From an uncultured delta proteobacterium (GTDB taxonomy: Bacteria > Desulfobacterota > WTBG01 > CAIYCZ01): DNA of 64,000 nucleotides. Positions 54,395-64,000 of this stretch are shown piece by piece. The notes beneath the pieces were generated by a model, which made no database searches, was not told the DNA's origin, and saw only the letters and a program-made list of their open reading frames with translations. The translations under genes and the position numbers were made by a program. Position 1 is the first letter of the stretch. Each line of letters begins with the position of its first letter. The stretch is from assembly GCA_963803975.1 (NCBI GenBank), contig CAWDOY010000053.1, positions 64,001 through 128,000 on the forward strand, read 5' to 3'.

Positions 54395-54519
54395 CAGGCT
54401 GGTCAAAAACATTCAGATGCAAGGCGCGCGAAATAACGAGGAATGAGGCGTACTTTATGGTACGCCGCAATGACGAAGGATGAGCGCAACGCAGCAGATG
54501 GTTGTTTTTCAACGGCCTG
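54395..54519 (+). mobile_element. MITE-like element, copy 2
   Basis: Same 125-bp sequence as 31552-31676; extra IR-like AGGTTGTTGAAAAAG at 54370. Confidence 0.8.
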
Positions 54520-54530
54520 CTAAGGAAAGG

Positions 54531-55820
54531 ATGACTCGGCACATGGTGCGTGATTACGCGATATTTCTCTGGCGGCTTTACCGCTACAGCTTTCTGGGCA
54601 GCATGAAATATTACCTGTGGATGAGTGTCCTTACCATCCTCTCTCTGGTCGGGCTGTACGCGTATGCCCAGCAGGCTGTCAGCGGCCTTGCCATAACCGA
54701 CATGACCGATCAGGTCTCCTGGGGAGTTTATATCGCCAATTTTACCTTTATTGTCGGGCTTGCAGCAGCCGCGGTCATGCTCGTCATACCCGCCTATATT
54801 TATAACAACAAGCACCTTCACGATGTGGTAATTCTTGGTGAACTGCTTGCCATCGCGGCCATTGTTATGTGCCTTTTGTTTGTAAACGTTGATCTGGGGC
54901 GGCCGGACCGGTTCTGGCACCTCAGCCCAATAATCGGGGTTTTCAACTTTCCCGTTTCCATGCTTTCCTGGGACGTCATTGTCCTCACCGGCTACCTGGT
55001 GCTGAATATACATATCTGCGGCTATCTTCTGTACATGCGCTACCTTAAGCGGAAACCATCCCCGCTTTTTTACATGCCGTTTGTATTTATCGCCATCTTC
55101 TGGGCGATCAGCATTCACACGGTGACCGCATTTCTGTATGTTGGACTGGTGGGAAGGCCGTTCTGGAACGCGGCCATTGTGGCGCCGCGTTTTATCGGGT
55201 CTGCCTTTACCGCCGGGCCGGGGCTCATGATTGTCGCCTTCCAGATTATCAGACGCTATAGCAATTATAAAATTGACGACGAGGCATTGCACATCCTTCG
55301 CCAGATCGTGACTATCTCTCTTTTTGTGAACCTGTTTCTCCTCGGCTGTGAAGCTTTCAAGGAGTTCTATGCTGAATCAGTCCATTCCCGCTCTGCCCGG
55401 TACCTGTTTTTCGGGCTTGACGGATATACGCAGCTGCGGCCGTGGATATGGTTTGCCATAACCATAGAAATCATCGCAGGGGTTTTGCTCATCGTCCCCG
55501 CCCTGGCAAAAAAAATGTCATACGTGAACGTGGCCTGCGTTCTGGCGTTTATCGGCATCTGGATCGAGAAGGGGATGGGGATGATCGTGCCCGGATTCCT
55601 GCCGACGCCGCTCGGAGAAATCGTGGAATATTTCCCCACCGTGCCCGAGACGCTTGTCTGCATCGGCGTCTGGTCTTTCGGCCTGCTCATGTACTCATGG
55701 ATGATACACCTGGCCATTCCGATCCTGAACGGCGAACTTTCCATCAGGTCCAGTCTGTCAGAAATAAAGCCGGGCCTGCAGGAAGCACCCGTGGACTGGA
55801 AACAACCTCGCCATGTCTAA
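54531..55820 (+). CDS. NrfD/PsrC/DsrP family quinone-interacting membrane protein
   Basis: DQVSWGVYIANFTF.VG.AA, VDLGRPDRFWH, WAISIHTVTAFL, WIEKGMG; ~10 TM helices; RBS AAGGAAAGG. Confidence 0.9.
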   Translation: MTRHMVRDYAIFLWRLYRYSFLGSMKYYLWMSVLTILSLVGLYAYAQQAVSGLAITDMTDQVSWGVYIANFTFIVGLAAAAVMLVIPAYIYNNKHLHDVVILGELLAIAAIVMCLLFVNVDLGRPDRFWHLSPIIGVFNFPVSMLSWDVIVLTGYLVLNIHICGYLLYMRYLKRKPSPLFYMPFVFIAIFWAISIHTVTAFLYVGLVGRPFWNAAIVAPRFIGSAFTAGPGLMIVAFQIIRRYSNYKIDDEALHILRQIVTISLFVNLFLLGCEAFKEFYAESVHSRSARYLFFGLDGYTQLRPWIWFAITIEIIAGVLLIVPALAKKMSYVNVACVLAFIGIWIEKGMGMIVPGFLPTPLGEIVEYFPTVPETLVCIGVWSFGLLMYSWMIHLAIPILNGELSIRSSLSEIKPGLQEAPVDWKQPRHV

Positions 55821-55919
55821 TCAATAGCAGTTCCTGCCTTTGGTATAAAAAAAGAAAATTTTTCCGGCTCTGGAATAAAGGGCAGAATTAATACGCAAAC
55901 TACGTACACAGGAGGGAGT

Positions 55920-57368
55920 ATGCAGCACCACGTACCGATTCGTAGTAATTGTCTGTTAGCCTTTTCCTGTTCATGTTTCCGCGCGGCAGCCCATGCGGGA
56001 TATACCCTGCCGGCTATTTCAGAAGAATCCGCGAAATGTATTGATTGCCACAAAAAGCAGTCCCCGGCGATTTATGAGCAATGGGGCACCAGCAAGCACT
56101 TCCGGGCGAATGTGGGGTGCTATGAATGTCATAAAGCGGAGGAAAAAGACCCGGATGCAATGCTCCATGAAGGCAAGCTCATCGCCACCATCGTCAGCCC
56201 GCGTGACTGCAACCGGTGCCATGAACGGGAGACGGCAGAATTTATTGCTTCCCATCACTCAAAGGGCGCGCGCATTCTCGGCTCCCTTGACAATACGCTG
56301 GCGGAGGTGGTGGAGGGAAATTACGCTTTCAAAACGCCGGCATTCCCCAGGGGAAACTCTGCTGCCGCGGTCAGCGGCTGCTGGCAATGCCACGGCAGTG
56401 AAGTCAAAGTGCTGGAGAACGGTAAGCTGGACCCGGCAACCTGGCCAAATACCGGCATCGGCAGGATTAACCCGGATGGTTCTGAGGGGTCCTGCAGCGC
56501 GTGCCATTCCCGCCACATGTTTTCTGCGGCCCAGGCCCGGTATCCGGATACCTGCGGCAAATGCCATCTGGGTCCTGACCATCCGCAGCTTGAGATTTAT
56601 AATGAATCTAAACACGGCATTTCTTTCAGGGCAAACATTGATAAAGTTAACATTGAAAATCCGAAGTGGGTCGTTGGTGAAGATTATGCCGCGGCGCCTT
56701 CCTGCGCAACCTGCCACATGAGCGCAACGCCGAAGCAGGCGGCCACCCATGATGTGGGCCTGCGCATCAGCTGGAATAATCGTCCGGAGCTCTCCATCCG
56801 TCCTGAAGTATCAGATGCAAAGATGGGGCTTCCCGGAGCCAAAGTGGGCTGGAAACAACGGCGCGATAACATGAAAGATGTATGCCTCAACTGCCACGGA
56901 GATAATTATATAACCGCATTCTATAAACAGTATGATGCGCTGATTGATCTGTATCATGAGAAGTTTGCAAAGCCGGGGCTGGAGCTGATGGGACTTGCAA
57001 AGCCGTTGCTGAAACCCGCCAAGTTTTCCAATAAGATTGATTTCATCTGGTATGAGATCTGGCATCATGAGGGCCGCCGCGCACGCCACGGCGCGTCAAT
57101 GATGGGGCCTGACTATACCCACTGGCACGGCACCTATGAGGTAGCCAAGCACTTCTACTCAGAGCTGATACCGGAACTGGAAGAGCTGGCTGACAAAGGC
57201 AGCCGTTCAGGCGACGCGGCAAAGAAAGAAGCTGCTGAAAAACTGCGGCACAAGATTGAAGAAACGCTTAACAGCGCTAACCACCAATGGTATGTAAATA
57301 AAATACCTGCGGAAGAAGCGGCAGAGCGCCAGCAGCGCCTCAAAGAGTTTCAATCCCGCTATCAGTGA
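55920..57368 (+). CDS. Octaheme cytochrome c, hydroxylamine oxidoreductase family
   Basis: Eight CxxCH motifs; CGKCHLGPDHPQ.EIY.ESKHG, WHHEGRRARHGASMMGPDYTHWHG. Confidence 0.88.
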   Translation: MQHHVPIRSNCLLAFSCSCFRAAAHAGYTLPAISEESAKCIDCHKKQSPAIYEQWGTSKHFRANVGCYECHKAEEKDPDAMLHEGKLIATIVSPRDCNRCHERETAEFIASHHSKGARILGSLDNTLAEVVEGNYAFKTPAFPRGNSAAAVSGCWQCHGSEVKVLENGKLDPATWPNTGIGRINPDGSEGSCSACHSRHMFSAAQARYPDTCGKCHLGPDHPQLEIYNESKHGISFRANIDKVNIENPKWVVGEDYAAAPSCATCHMSATPKQAATHDVGLRISWNNRPELSIRPEVSDAKMGLPGAKVGWKQRRDNMKDVCLNCHGDNYITAFYKQYDALIDLYHEKFAKPGLELMGLAKPLLKPAKFSNKIDFIWYEIWHHEGRRARHGASMMGPDYTHWHGTYEVAKHFYSELIPELEELADKGSRSGDAAKKEAAEKLRHKIEETLNSANHQWYVNKIPAEEAAERQQRLKEFQSRYQ

Positions 57369-57814
57369 TGTCAGATAAAACTACTGAGCAGCCATTTAAT
57401 ATCGTCCTCTGTGAGCATGCGCGCTTTGCCGCGCAGCGCGCGCTGGACCGGCTGGGCGCCCCCCTGAGCCCCGCCAACCTGAACCTGTTTTTAGCCGATG
57501 CCCGGTGCCTGCGCTACCCCACCCGCATAATCTATGACCGCACGGGACTTGAGCCCCAGCAGGTCGCGCAGCCTTTTTACCGGCAGTCCCGGGATGGGTT
57601 ATTCTGTGACTTGCATGTTGACCCTGCCCTGCAGAGAACGCCTGAGATCATCTATCTGGTGGTGGCCTACATGGCAGCAGTTATTAACTATGGGGATGCC
57701 GCAACGCCGGAACTGGCGGAAATGCTGGGAGCGAAGCTTACGGGCATAGAGCAGGAAGCGTTCTATGAAAAAATGTGCGCCATTGCAGACTCAATAAGCG
57801 GTGTTGCAGGTTGA
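57368..57814 (+). CDS. Hypothetical protein coupled to the octaheme cytochrome gene
   Basis: TGATG stop/start overlap; LRYP, INYG..A motifs; no recognised function. Confidence 0.75.
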   Translation: MSDKTTEQPFNIVLCEHARFAAQRALDRLGAPLSPANLNLFLADARCLRYPTRIIYDRTGLEPQQVAQPFYRQSRDGLFCDLHVDPALQRTPEIIYLVVAYMAAVINYGDAATPELAEMLGAKLTGIEQEAFYEKMCAIADSISGVAG

Positions 57815-57821
57815 TACAAGA

Positions 57822-60163
57822 ATGATAAACAATATAAAAAAGATTGCGGTGATGACCAGCGGCGGGGACGCTCCGGGCATGAATGCTGTTGTGCGGGGAG
57901 TGGTGCGGGCGGCGCTCAACAAAGGCTGGGAAGTGTATGGCATCCGCGACGCATACCGCGGCCTGGTGGATGGCGGCGAGAGCATCTTCCCCCTGGACTG
58001 GGTTGATGTGAGCTGGAGCTTCCGGGAAGGAGGCACCTTTCTGGGGTCGGCGCGCTTTACTGACCTGGTCGGGGATTCAGAGAACGCCCGGGAACTGAAA
58101 TTAAAAGTCCTGCTCAATTTGAAAAGCCGCGGTATCACCGGGCTGGTTGTCATCGGCGGGGATGGCTCGCTGACCGGCGCCGAACAGCTGTGGGCATTTT
58201 TCAGGGACAGCAAGGCACCGGTCGCAGGAGCTGCGGGATGCAGAGCTTGCAATCGTGGGTATCCCCGGCAGTATTGACAATGACATTGCCTTCACCGATA
58301 TGTCGATCGGTGTTGACACCACCTTGAACACCATCGTGGAGTGCATTGACAAACTCCGGGACACCGCGACTTCCCACCGCAGGGTCAGCATTGTAGAGGT
58401 CATGGGGCGTCTGCGGGGATACCTGGCAGTGATGAGCGGCCTGGCAACCGGAGCGGACCGGGTATTTATCCGCGAAGAGAAAACCAGCCAGAGAGAACTG
58501 CATACCATGCTCAGCCTGCTGCAGGAAAGCTTCCACCATGGACAGCGTGCAGGGGTTATTATCCGCTCAGAGGGTGCCGATTGTTCTACCAATTTCCTCA
58601 AGGAAACCATTGCCCTGCTTCTTGAGCCTAAACGGGAAGTGCGGGAAACAGTGCTCGGGACATTTGCAGCGGGGCGGCAACCCCACTGCCTTTGAACGGA
58701 TTCTGGCGACGAGGATGGGCGTCAAAGCCGTGCAGCTTCTGGCAGACGGCATCAATGAGCCGCAGATGACCGGCTTAACTGCCAATACCATTGAGGCTGT
58801 TCCCTTGTCCAAAATTCTCAAAAGAATCAGAGAACCAGAATTTCAGGAAGCGTTAAGCCCGAACACCCGGAAGGCATTTGTTCTGGGAAGAAAACTGGAG
58901 GAGCCGCCCCGCAAAGACGCGTGCGGTACCCGCATCGCCGTATTAACCGATGGCAACAATGTGTCCGGGATGAATCTCGCAATCCGGTCTCTGGCGCGGC
59001 TGGCCATCAATGACGGGATAGACATTGTCGGCATCAAGGGAGGGTTTGCTGGACTGGTTGAGGGCTCGGAGAGCATGCTGCATCTGTCCTGGAGCATGCT
59101 GGAGCTGAAAGGGATTTTGCGGCGGGCCGGTACGCTGCTCGGTGTCTCCTCTAACGGCTTCCCCACTGACGGAAAAGATTTTCTCATCATGCGCAAGCAG
59201 GTGGAACAGCTCAAAATAGATGGTCTGGTCGCCATCGGCGATGCCAGGACCTATCAATATGCGAAAAATCTTTCAGCTTTGATTCAGATCCCGGTGGTGG
59301 GCATTCCCGCGGCCCTGTGCTGCAACGTGGCGGGCACGGACTGGGTTATCGGGATGGATTCGGCGCTGAATGATTTGCTCAAAGGCATTGACCGGGCAGC
59401 TGATGCAGCACATGTGCAGAAAAAAATAGTAATCATCCATATTAAAGGAGACTATTGCCAATGCCTGGTACATCTTGCAGGGCTGGCTGCAGGAGCAGAG
59501 CTCTTAGTTGTTGAGGACCATGACCGGCAGCGCAACCAGCGTCAGCTGCAGGGCAAACTCCAAGAGCTGCAGCGAATCATTACGCTGGGAAAAAGTTTTG
59601 CGACCGTGATCTTCTTTTCGGAAAATCCTGAAGAAGCCGATGCCCGGCTGCAGTACATCGTGCGCAGTATCAGGCAGGCCGGTATTACCCTTGAGCCGTC
59701 GGTGATTACCCTTGAAACATCCCTCGGCGGAATAGTTCCCACGGCGTTTGACCGGATACTGGCGCAGCGCCTGGGTGAGCAGGCACTTATTACCCTGCAG
59801 CAGAAGATGAGCAGCCGCGACCAGAGCTTTCACACGGTGGGAATTATCGGCAGGGAGATTGCCGCAACCTCCTCACGGGATATGAGCGACAGTTTCCACT
59901 GCGCGTGTTCAGCGCCGTTGATCGATGAGATTTCAGATTGCATTGACCTGATGTCGCTGCCGGGCAGTGCCTGCACCGGCATGGGGGGGGACATTGACTG
60001 GATAGAAACAAGCGATGCCGGCGACTGGCAGGGAATCTGGACCTGCAAGCAGTGCAGCAGCTCGCAGAACTTTTCCTTTAACCCGAAGCGCATGTTGTGT
60101 GTCTATTGCGCCCGGGAGTCCTGCCACAACTACGGGTACATACGCATCTCCCGCCGCCTGTAA
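57822..60163 (+). CDS. pfk: Tandem two-domain ATP-dependent 6-phosphofructokinase with Cys-rich C-terminal extension (two frameshifts)
   Basis: Domain 1: TSGGDAPGMN, GGT.LGSAR, GGDGSLTG, PGSIDND, EVMGR, GHLQRGG. Domain 2: GMN, PAALCCNV, GMDSALN, GG..PTAFDR. Confidence 0.85.
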
Positions 60164-60203
60164 ATAACAGGCAAAAGGGTTAAGAGATAAAGAGGCAAAA
60201 AGG

Positions 60204-60243
60204 TAAAATGGCTAAGAGATAATGCAACCTCTTAGCCATTTTA
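60204..60243. terminator. Bidirectional terminator hairpin
   Basis: Perfect 15-bp stem TAAAATGGCTAAGAG / CTCTTAGCCATTTTA between convergent genes. Confidence 0.75.
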
Positions 60244-60288
60244 TTAATTAATAGTTGATGACTAATTCAGCTATTGACCTTTTTACTT

Positions 60289-62733
60289 TTACTTAACCAT
60301 CTGTTTCACCGAGTCAATGCTGTCCTGCAGCAGCTTCCTGGTATAACCCGGGTTGTGGATGCCGTAGCTGCGGTCATTCACAAAGAGCTTGTAATTGGTG
60401 TAGGCGTTTTCAAGGATTTCATCCGGGTCATCAAGGAACGGTACCGTGCCGCCCTTGTGGCACCGGGCGCACTTGCCCGGCTGATTCGCCGGCAGAAACT
60501 CGTGATTGTTTCCCTTGAGCAGGTTGGAGAGTTCGGTGAGCAGCCCCTTCACCTCAGTCTGCACGTTGTTGCGGTCAAAGCTGGTGAGCCCCGCATGGCA
60601 GCCCTGGCACACCGGGATATTCAGCGTGTCATCAGCAGTGCCGGGAATGAGGTCATCCCCGTAGTCGCGCATGCGCAAGGTGTGCCCGCCTACTTTTCTC
60701 ACCTTTTGCGCATCCTGGTCGGAGACGTTAGTGCTCATGTGGCACATGACGCACTTGTCTTCTCCGCGGTGGGGATTTTTCTCCCCTTCAAAGGCTGAAT
60801 AATTCTCGCCAGGGTAGTGATAGCCGTTGCCGACTTCTCCGGCCATGCCTTCCAGTATTGCATTCTGCCATTTCTCATAGTGGCAGGTGTCGCAGGCTTT
60901 GCCGGGAGAACCGGTCCTCAGGCCAAAGGGGTTTCCCTCGTCAGCGCTGTGTGAATCATGGCACACCGAGCAGGAAACATTGGGTGTATCTTTGGGAACT
61001 ATAGAAAAATCGGTGAACGGATAGCGAAAATCTTTGAACGGCGTGCCTGAATCAATAGCGCCGATATATCCCTTTGTGTAGTGGCAGCGGTAGCATGAGG
61101 CGAGCCTGACGCCGCCGGGCTCGTGGTAGCCGAAGGGCAGGGCGTTGGTGTGCATGGCCTTCTGCGTTTCCGCAAACTCTCCATGGCACTGGCCGCATAC
61201 CCCGGACCAGTAATTGACTGACAGCGTGGGATTACCGGAGCCGGCCACATGAATGCTTCCCTGACCGTGGCAGGTCTGGCACGCTGCTGCGCCATTCGCG
61301 GCATGCGCTGTTGCCGCATACCCCAGGGCTTTATCTGAATGGCAGGCGGCGCAGCTTTGTGCGTCTGCCGCTGCTGCCACTGTTATCTCAAGGCTTTGCG
61401 GCGGGCTTTGCAGTCCCCCATTATCGGTAATGGTGAGCGTGGCGGTATAGGTGTCGCCGGGCTGCGCGCCCTGGGGAACCTGAAATAAAACATTTTCTGT
61501 GGTGGCTGAAGGGTTCAGCAGCGACGAAACGTCAGTGCCGTTTTTATCCGCAAGGCTCCAGGCAAAGCCAAAGATGGCGGCGCGGAAGCTGCCGTTCTTG
61601 TTTCCATATACATCAAAGACCGGGGCCCCGGGGTTGAATTCTTCGGGAGACGGCGTATTCAGGTCAAGGCCAAAACCGCGCAGGTAGACTGTGGATCCCG
61701 CAGTGACCGATGATGCTCCGGACGTTGTTGCCAGCAGCACGCCCTGATCAATAAGGGGCAGTTCGGTCGGTCCGGGAATAACCGATGGAACCGCTTCCGG
61801 CGGCACATTTTCTGCCTCAAATGAGATTGAGCCACGGCGCGTGGCGCCATTTGCGTCCACGGCAAAGACCGTGACCGTGTACTGGCCCAGCTGCGGGACC
61901 GTAAAATAATAGGTGCTTCCCGCCGGCTCGCCAAAATAGCCTTCCTCACCCTGAGGCACTGCGCCGGCCGGCTGCTGCTCCTTGACCCAGAAGAACTCGG
62001 TAAAAGTTGATGCGTTCTCGGCATCGAAATAATAACCGGCCGGTGCGGTGTACGGCTTTTCCGGACGGGGAATTGTCACCTGAATGGGGTCCGGCAGCGC
62101 CTGCGGTATTTCAAGGACGAAATTCTGCAGCTTAAATTTTCCGGCGACTGCTGTTATATCAAGCAGGTTGCTGCGCCGGTAGCCGTCTTTACACGCAACC
62201 ACCGTGTAGGCCCCTTCATCAACATTATCCAGAACAAAGTAGCCAAAGCTGTTGGTCGTCGTGAAGGAGACGGTTTTAAGTGCATTGTCCTGGTTCCTTA
62301 AAAGGATTACCGATGCCCCCGCCAGCGGCCGGCGCAGAAACGGCAGCAGCTTACCGGGCTCGCGCACAAACCCCCGGATAACGGCTTTTTTCTTCAGCGG
62401 TGCAATTGCTGTTGTTTCTTCGTTTGCGCGCACTATCACAAACGCGGTCTCCCGTAAAATGTATCCGCTGCACTTGACCGTGAGCTGGTAATTTCTGAAG
62501 GGCGTTATCTTCTCTATTACCGCCTCGCCCTGCGCGTTGCTGGTGCCGGAATAATTATTCGGGGTGACCAGTATCGTGGCTCCCGACAGCGGTTTGCCGG
62601 TGTAGAAGTCTTTGACCTGGACCTTCAGGCTGCCCAGATAATTCTGGGCTGCACCGGGAGAGCTGTTAAAACAGATGAACATGAAAGGTACGAGCAGCAT
62701 TACCGTACTGTGGATGAATCTTTTTCCGCGCAT
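60289..62733 (-). CDS. Secreted 9-heme cytochrome c with N-terminal carboxypeptidase-regulatory/Ig-like domains
   Basis: Signal peptide; two V.D..TG.PL.GA.V..T...G repeats; PKD-like segment; nine CxxCH; C-terminal D.S.GIHNP.Y..LL.DSI. Confidence 0.85.
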   Translation of the reverse strand: MRGKRFIHSTVMLLVPFMFICFNSSPGAAQNYLGSLKVQVKDFYTGKPLSGATILVTPNNYSGTSNAQGEAVIEKITPFRNYQLTVKCSGYILRETAFVIVRANEETTAIAPLKKKAVIRGFVREPGKLLPFLRRPLAGASVILLRNQDNALKTVSFTTTNSFGYFVLDNVDEGAYTVVACKDGYRRSNLLDITAVAGKFKLQNFVLEIPQALPDPIQVTIPRPEKPYTAPAGYYFDAENASTFTEFFWVKEQQPAGAVPQGEEGYFGEPAGSTYYFTVPQLGQYTVTVFAVDANGATRRGSISFEAENVPPEAVPSVIPGPTELPLIDQGVLLATTSGASSVTAGSTVYLRGFGLDLNTPSPEEFNPGAPVFDVYGNKNGSFRAAIFGFAWSLADKNGTDVSSLLNPSATTENVLFQVPQGAQPGDTYTATLTITDNGGLQSPPQSLEITVAAAADAQSCAACHSDKALGYAATAHAANGAAACQTCHGQGSIHVAGSGNPTLSVNYWSGVCGQCHGEFAETQKAMHTNALPFGYHEPGGVRLASCYRCHYTKGYIGAIDSGTPFKDFRYPFTDFSIVPKDTPNVSCSVCHDSHSADEGNPFGLRTGSPGKACDTCHYEKWQNAILEGMAGEVGNGYHYPGENYSAFEGEKNPHRGEDKCVMCHMSTNVSDQDAQKVRKVGGHTLRMRDYGDDLIPGTADDTLNIPVCQGCHAGLTSFDRNNVQTEVKGLLTELSNLLKGNNHEFLPANQPGKCARCHKGGTVPFLDDPDEILENAYTNYKLFVNDRSYGIHNPGYTRKLLQDSIDSVKQMVK

Positions 62734-62848
62734 AGTTTTCTCCTTGAATTTAAGTAGTGTGCGTATTTGATGCTTGATATATTGTGTAAACAGGTAAGGC
62801 TATAGATTATATACTGTTACTTACCCCTTGGCCCTCGAACCCTTCTCT

Positions 62849-63175
62849 TTACGACCGTATCATCACCAGCAGCATCTTAAACTGCTTTACTGCCTGCAGC
62901 GCATGGGGCTCGTTCGCCGGCATGATAATCATCTCCCCGGCTTTAACCGCTGCCGGGCTGCCGGCAATAGTAATTTTTGCCTCCCCGTCCAGGATGTAAA
63001 CAAGGGCATCAAACGGGGCAGTGTGCTCGCTCAGTCCCTGCCCCTGGGAAAAGGCAAAGAGCGTCACCGTGCCGGTATCTTTGCGCAGTATCTCCCTGCT
63101 CACTACCGAGCCGGCCTGATACTCGATAGAGTCTGCCAGGGGTATTGCCGTGCTGTGCAGCTCTGAAAGGGGCAT
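62849..63175 (-). CDS. Cupin domain protein
   Basis: TLFAF..GQGLSEHTAPFDA, MPANEPHAL.A. Confidence 0.9.
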   Translation of the reverse strand: MPLSELHSTAIPLADSIEYQAGSVVSREILRKDTGTVTLFAFSQGQGLSEHTAPFDALVYILDGEAKITIAGSPAAVKAGEMIIMPANEPHALQAVKQFKMLLVMIRS

Positions 63176-63205
63176 GGTACACCTCCAATTAAAAGTTCAT
63201 CTCTT

Positions 63206-63329
63206 GAGACTGTTGAAAAACACCCATCTGCTGTGTTGCGCTCATCCTTCGTCATTGCGACGTACTGTAACGTAGCCTCATTCCTCACGAGTTCGCGCGC
63301 CTTGCATCCGGATGTTTTTGACCAGCCGG
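63206..63329 (-). mobile_element. MITE-like element, copy 3 (inverted)
   Basis: Reverse complement of the 31552/54395 element. Confidence 0.8.
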
Positions 63330-63405
63330 GAAAAACAATAACCTGATGGAGATCAAAATTTACTATTAAACTGCGGGAAGCCCCGTCAGCTCATGGGTGA
63401 TGTGG

Positions 63406-63879
63406 CTACATTTCAGCCATATACATTTTTTCATAGAGATCCTCAAGCCGGGCAAGGTGGCCTGACTCATCCCTATGCAATCTCATAAACATCGGGGCCA
63501 TCGGAGCGCCCTCACACTGGGTCGCCATCTTTTCGTAAAACTCCACCGAGCGCTTTTCTTCATGAATAGCATAAATCAAAACATCCTGCGGCGTTGAATT
63601 TTCATGGAGCGGCTTTTCCTTGAGAAACAGGGCAAGCTTCATAACCGGTTTATTATCCTGCCCGGGGTCGTGGAGCGCGACCGTTTCCTCGAAGAAAGCT
63701 TTTTCCAGAAGAAACTTATGCTCAAGCTCTTCCAGCGCCAGTTCTCTGATCAGTTGCCGCGCGCTGCGGTCATGAGAAAGTTTGTATGCCCTGAGATAGG
63801 TGGTAAAGCTCTGCTGCTCTACTTCGATGGCTTTTGTCAAAGCAGCCTCCTTTGTGTAGCAGACTTCCTCTTGTCCCAT
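63406..63879 (-). CDS. Rubrerythrin/ferritin-like diiron protein
   Basis: AI..E....Y, LA.EE..H, AI.EE...FY, DE..H. Confidence 0.85.
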   Translation of the reverse strand: MGQEEVCYTKEAALTKAIEVEQQSFTTYLRAYKLSHDRSARQLIRELALEELEHKFLLEKAFFEETVALHDPGQDNKPVMKLALFLKEKPLHENSTPQDVLIYAIHEEKRSVEFYEKMATQCEGAPMAPMFMRLHRDESGHLARLEDLYEKMYMAEM

Positions 63880-63912
63880 CGAACGGCCTCCCTGAAAGGT
63901 TGATAGTCTTAT

Positions 63913-63999
63913 TCAGAACCCGAGCCAGGTTGTTACCTCATCCACCGGCACGCGAATTCTTTTAAAGGTGTTGAGCGAAGAACCAACAGCCGGATAGCC
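63913..63999 (-). CDS. C-terminus of a gene cut by the window edge, possibly nitroreductase family
   Basis: Open frame GYPAVGSSLNTFKRIRVPVDEVTTWLGF*. Confidence 0.4.
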   Translation of the reverse strand, partial: GYPAVGSSLNTFKRIRVPVDEVTTWLGF

Positions 64000-64000
64000 G

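Noticed and set aside
237..60163. Mass pseudogenisation or programmed frameshifting suggested by the many split genes
   Set aside because: The breaks are single-base indels with both halves well conserved, and they hit essential genes (dnaB, pth). I saw no consistent slippery motif. Sequencing consensus error is the simpler explanation.

Overview
64 kb bacterial chromosomal window, most consistent with an anaerobic Desulfobacterota (deltaproteobacterial) genome: sfrB/sfrA-like pair, DUF1844-ispE-prs-rplY-pth, NrfD/octaheme cytochrome operon. Many genes, including essential dnaB, are split by single-base frameshifts, and two stretches look garbled or collapsed. I read most of these as long-read consensus errors, not real pseudogenes. 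1-38.6 kb is mostly housekeeping (SfrAB, nadB, tsaD, ribosomal proteins, dnaK, dnaB, mnmG, biotin/folate genes, nucleotide-sugar genes), with an AT-rich glycosylation islet and a small restriction-fragment/toxin-antitoxin insertion. Downstream of tRNA-Pro(CGG), 39.8-45.8 kb is an accessory region. It holds a tyrosine-integrase remnant, an RHH-like mini-ORF, and a protease-remnant protein with 14 near-identical, apparently shuffled 102-bp TPR repeats. It also holds a solo integron gene cassette with its attC and two small peptide genes not correctly called by the ORF track (a RiPP-precursor-like His/Gly-tailed peptide and a 30-aa membrane peptide), each behind a sigma54-type promoter. 45.8-64 kb is redox metabolism: a cysK-aprA-aprB-sulfite reductase cluster, an operon (tetraheme cytochrome, Fe-S protein, NrfD, octaheme HAO-like cytochrome, unknown protein, eukaryote-like two-domain PFK with a Cys-rich tail) preceded by an FNR-like box, and a 9-heme secreted cytochrome with beta-sandwich stalk domains. 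Three copies of a ~125-bp MITE are present. No database searches were run; family calls come from recognising motifs.
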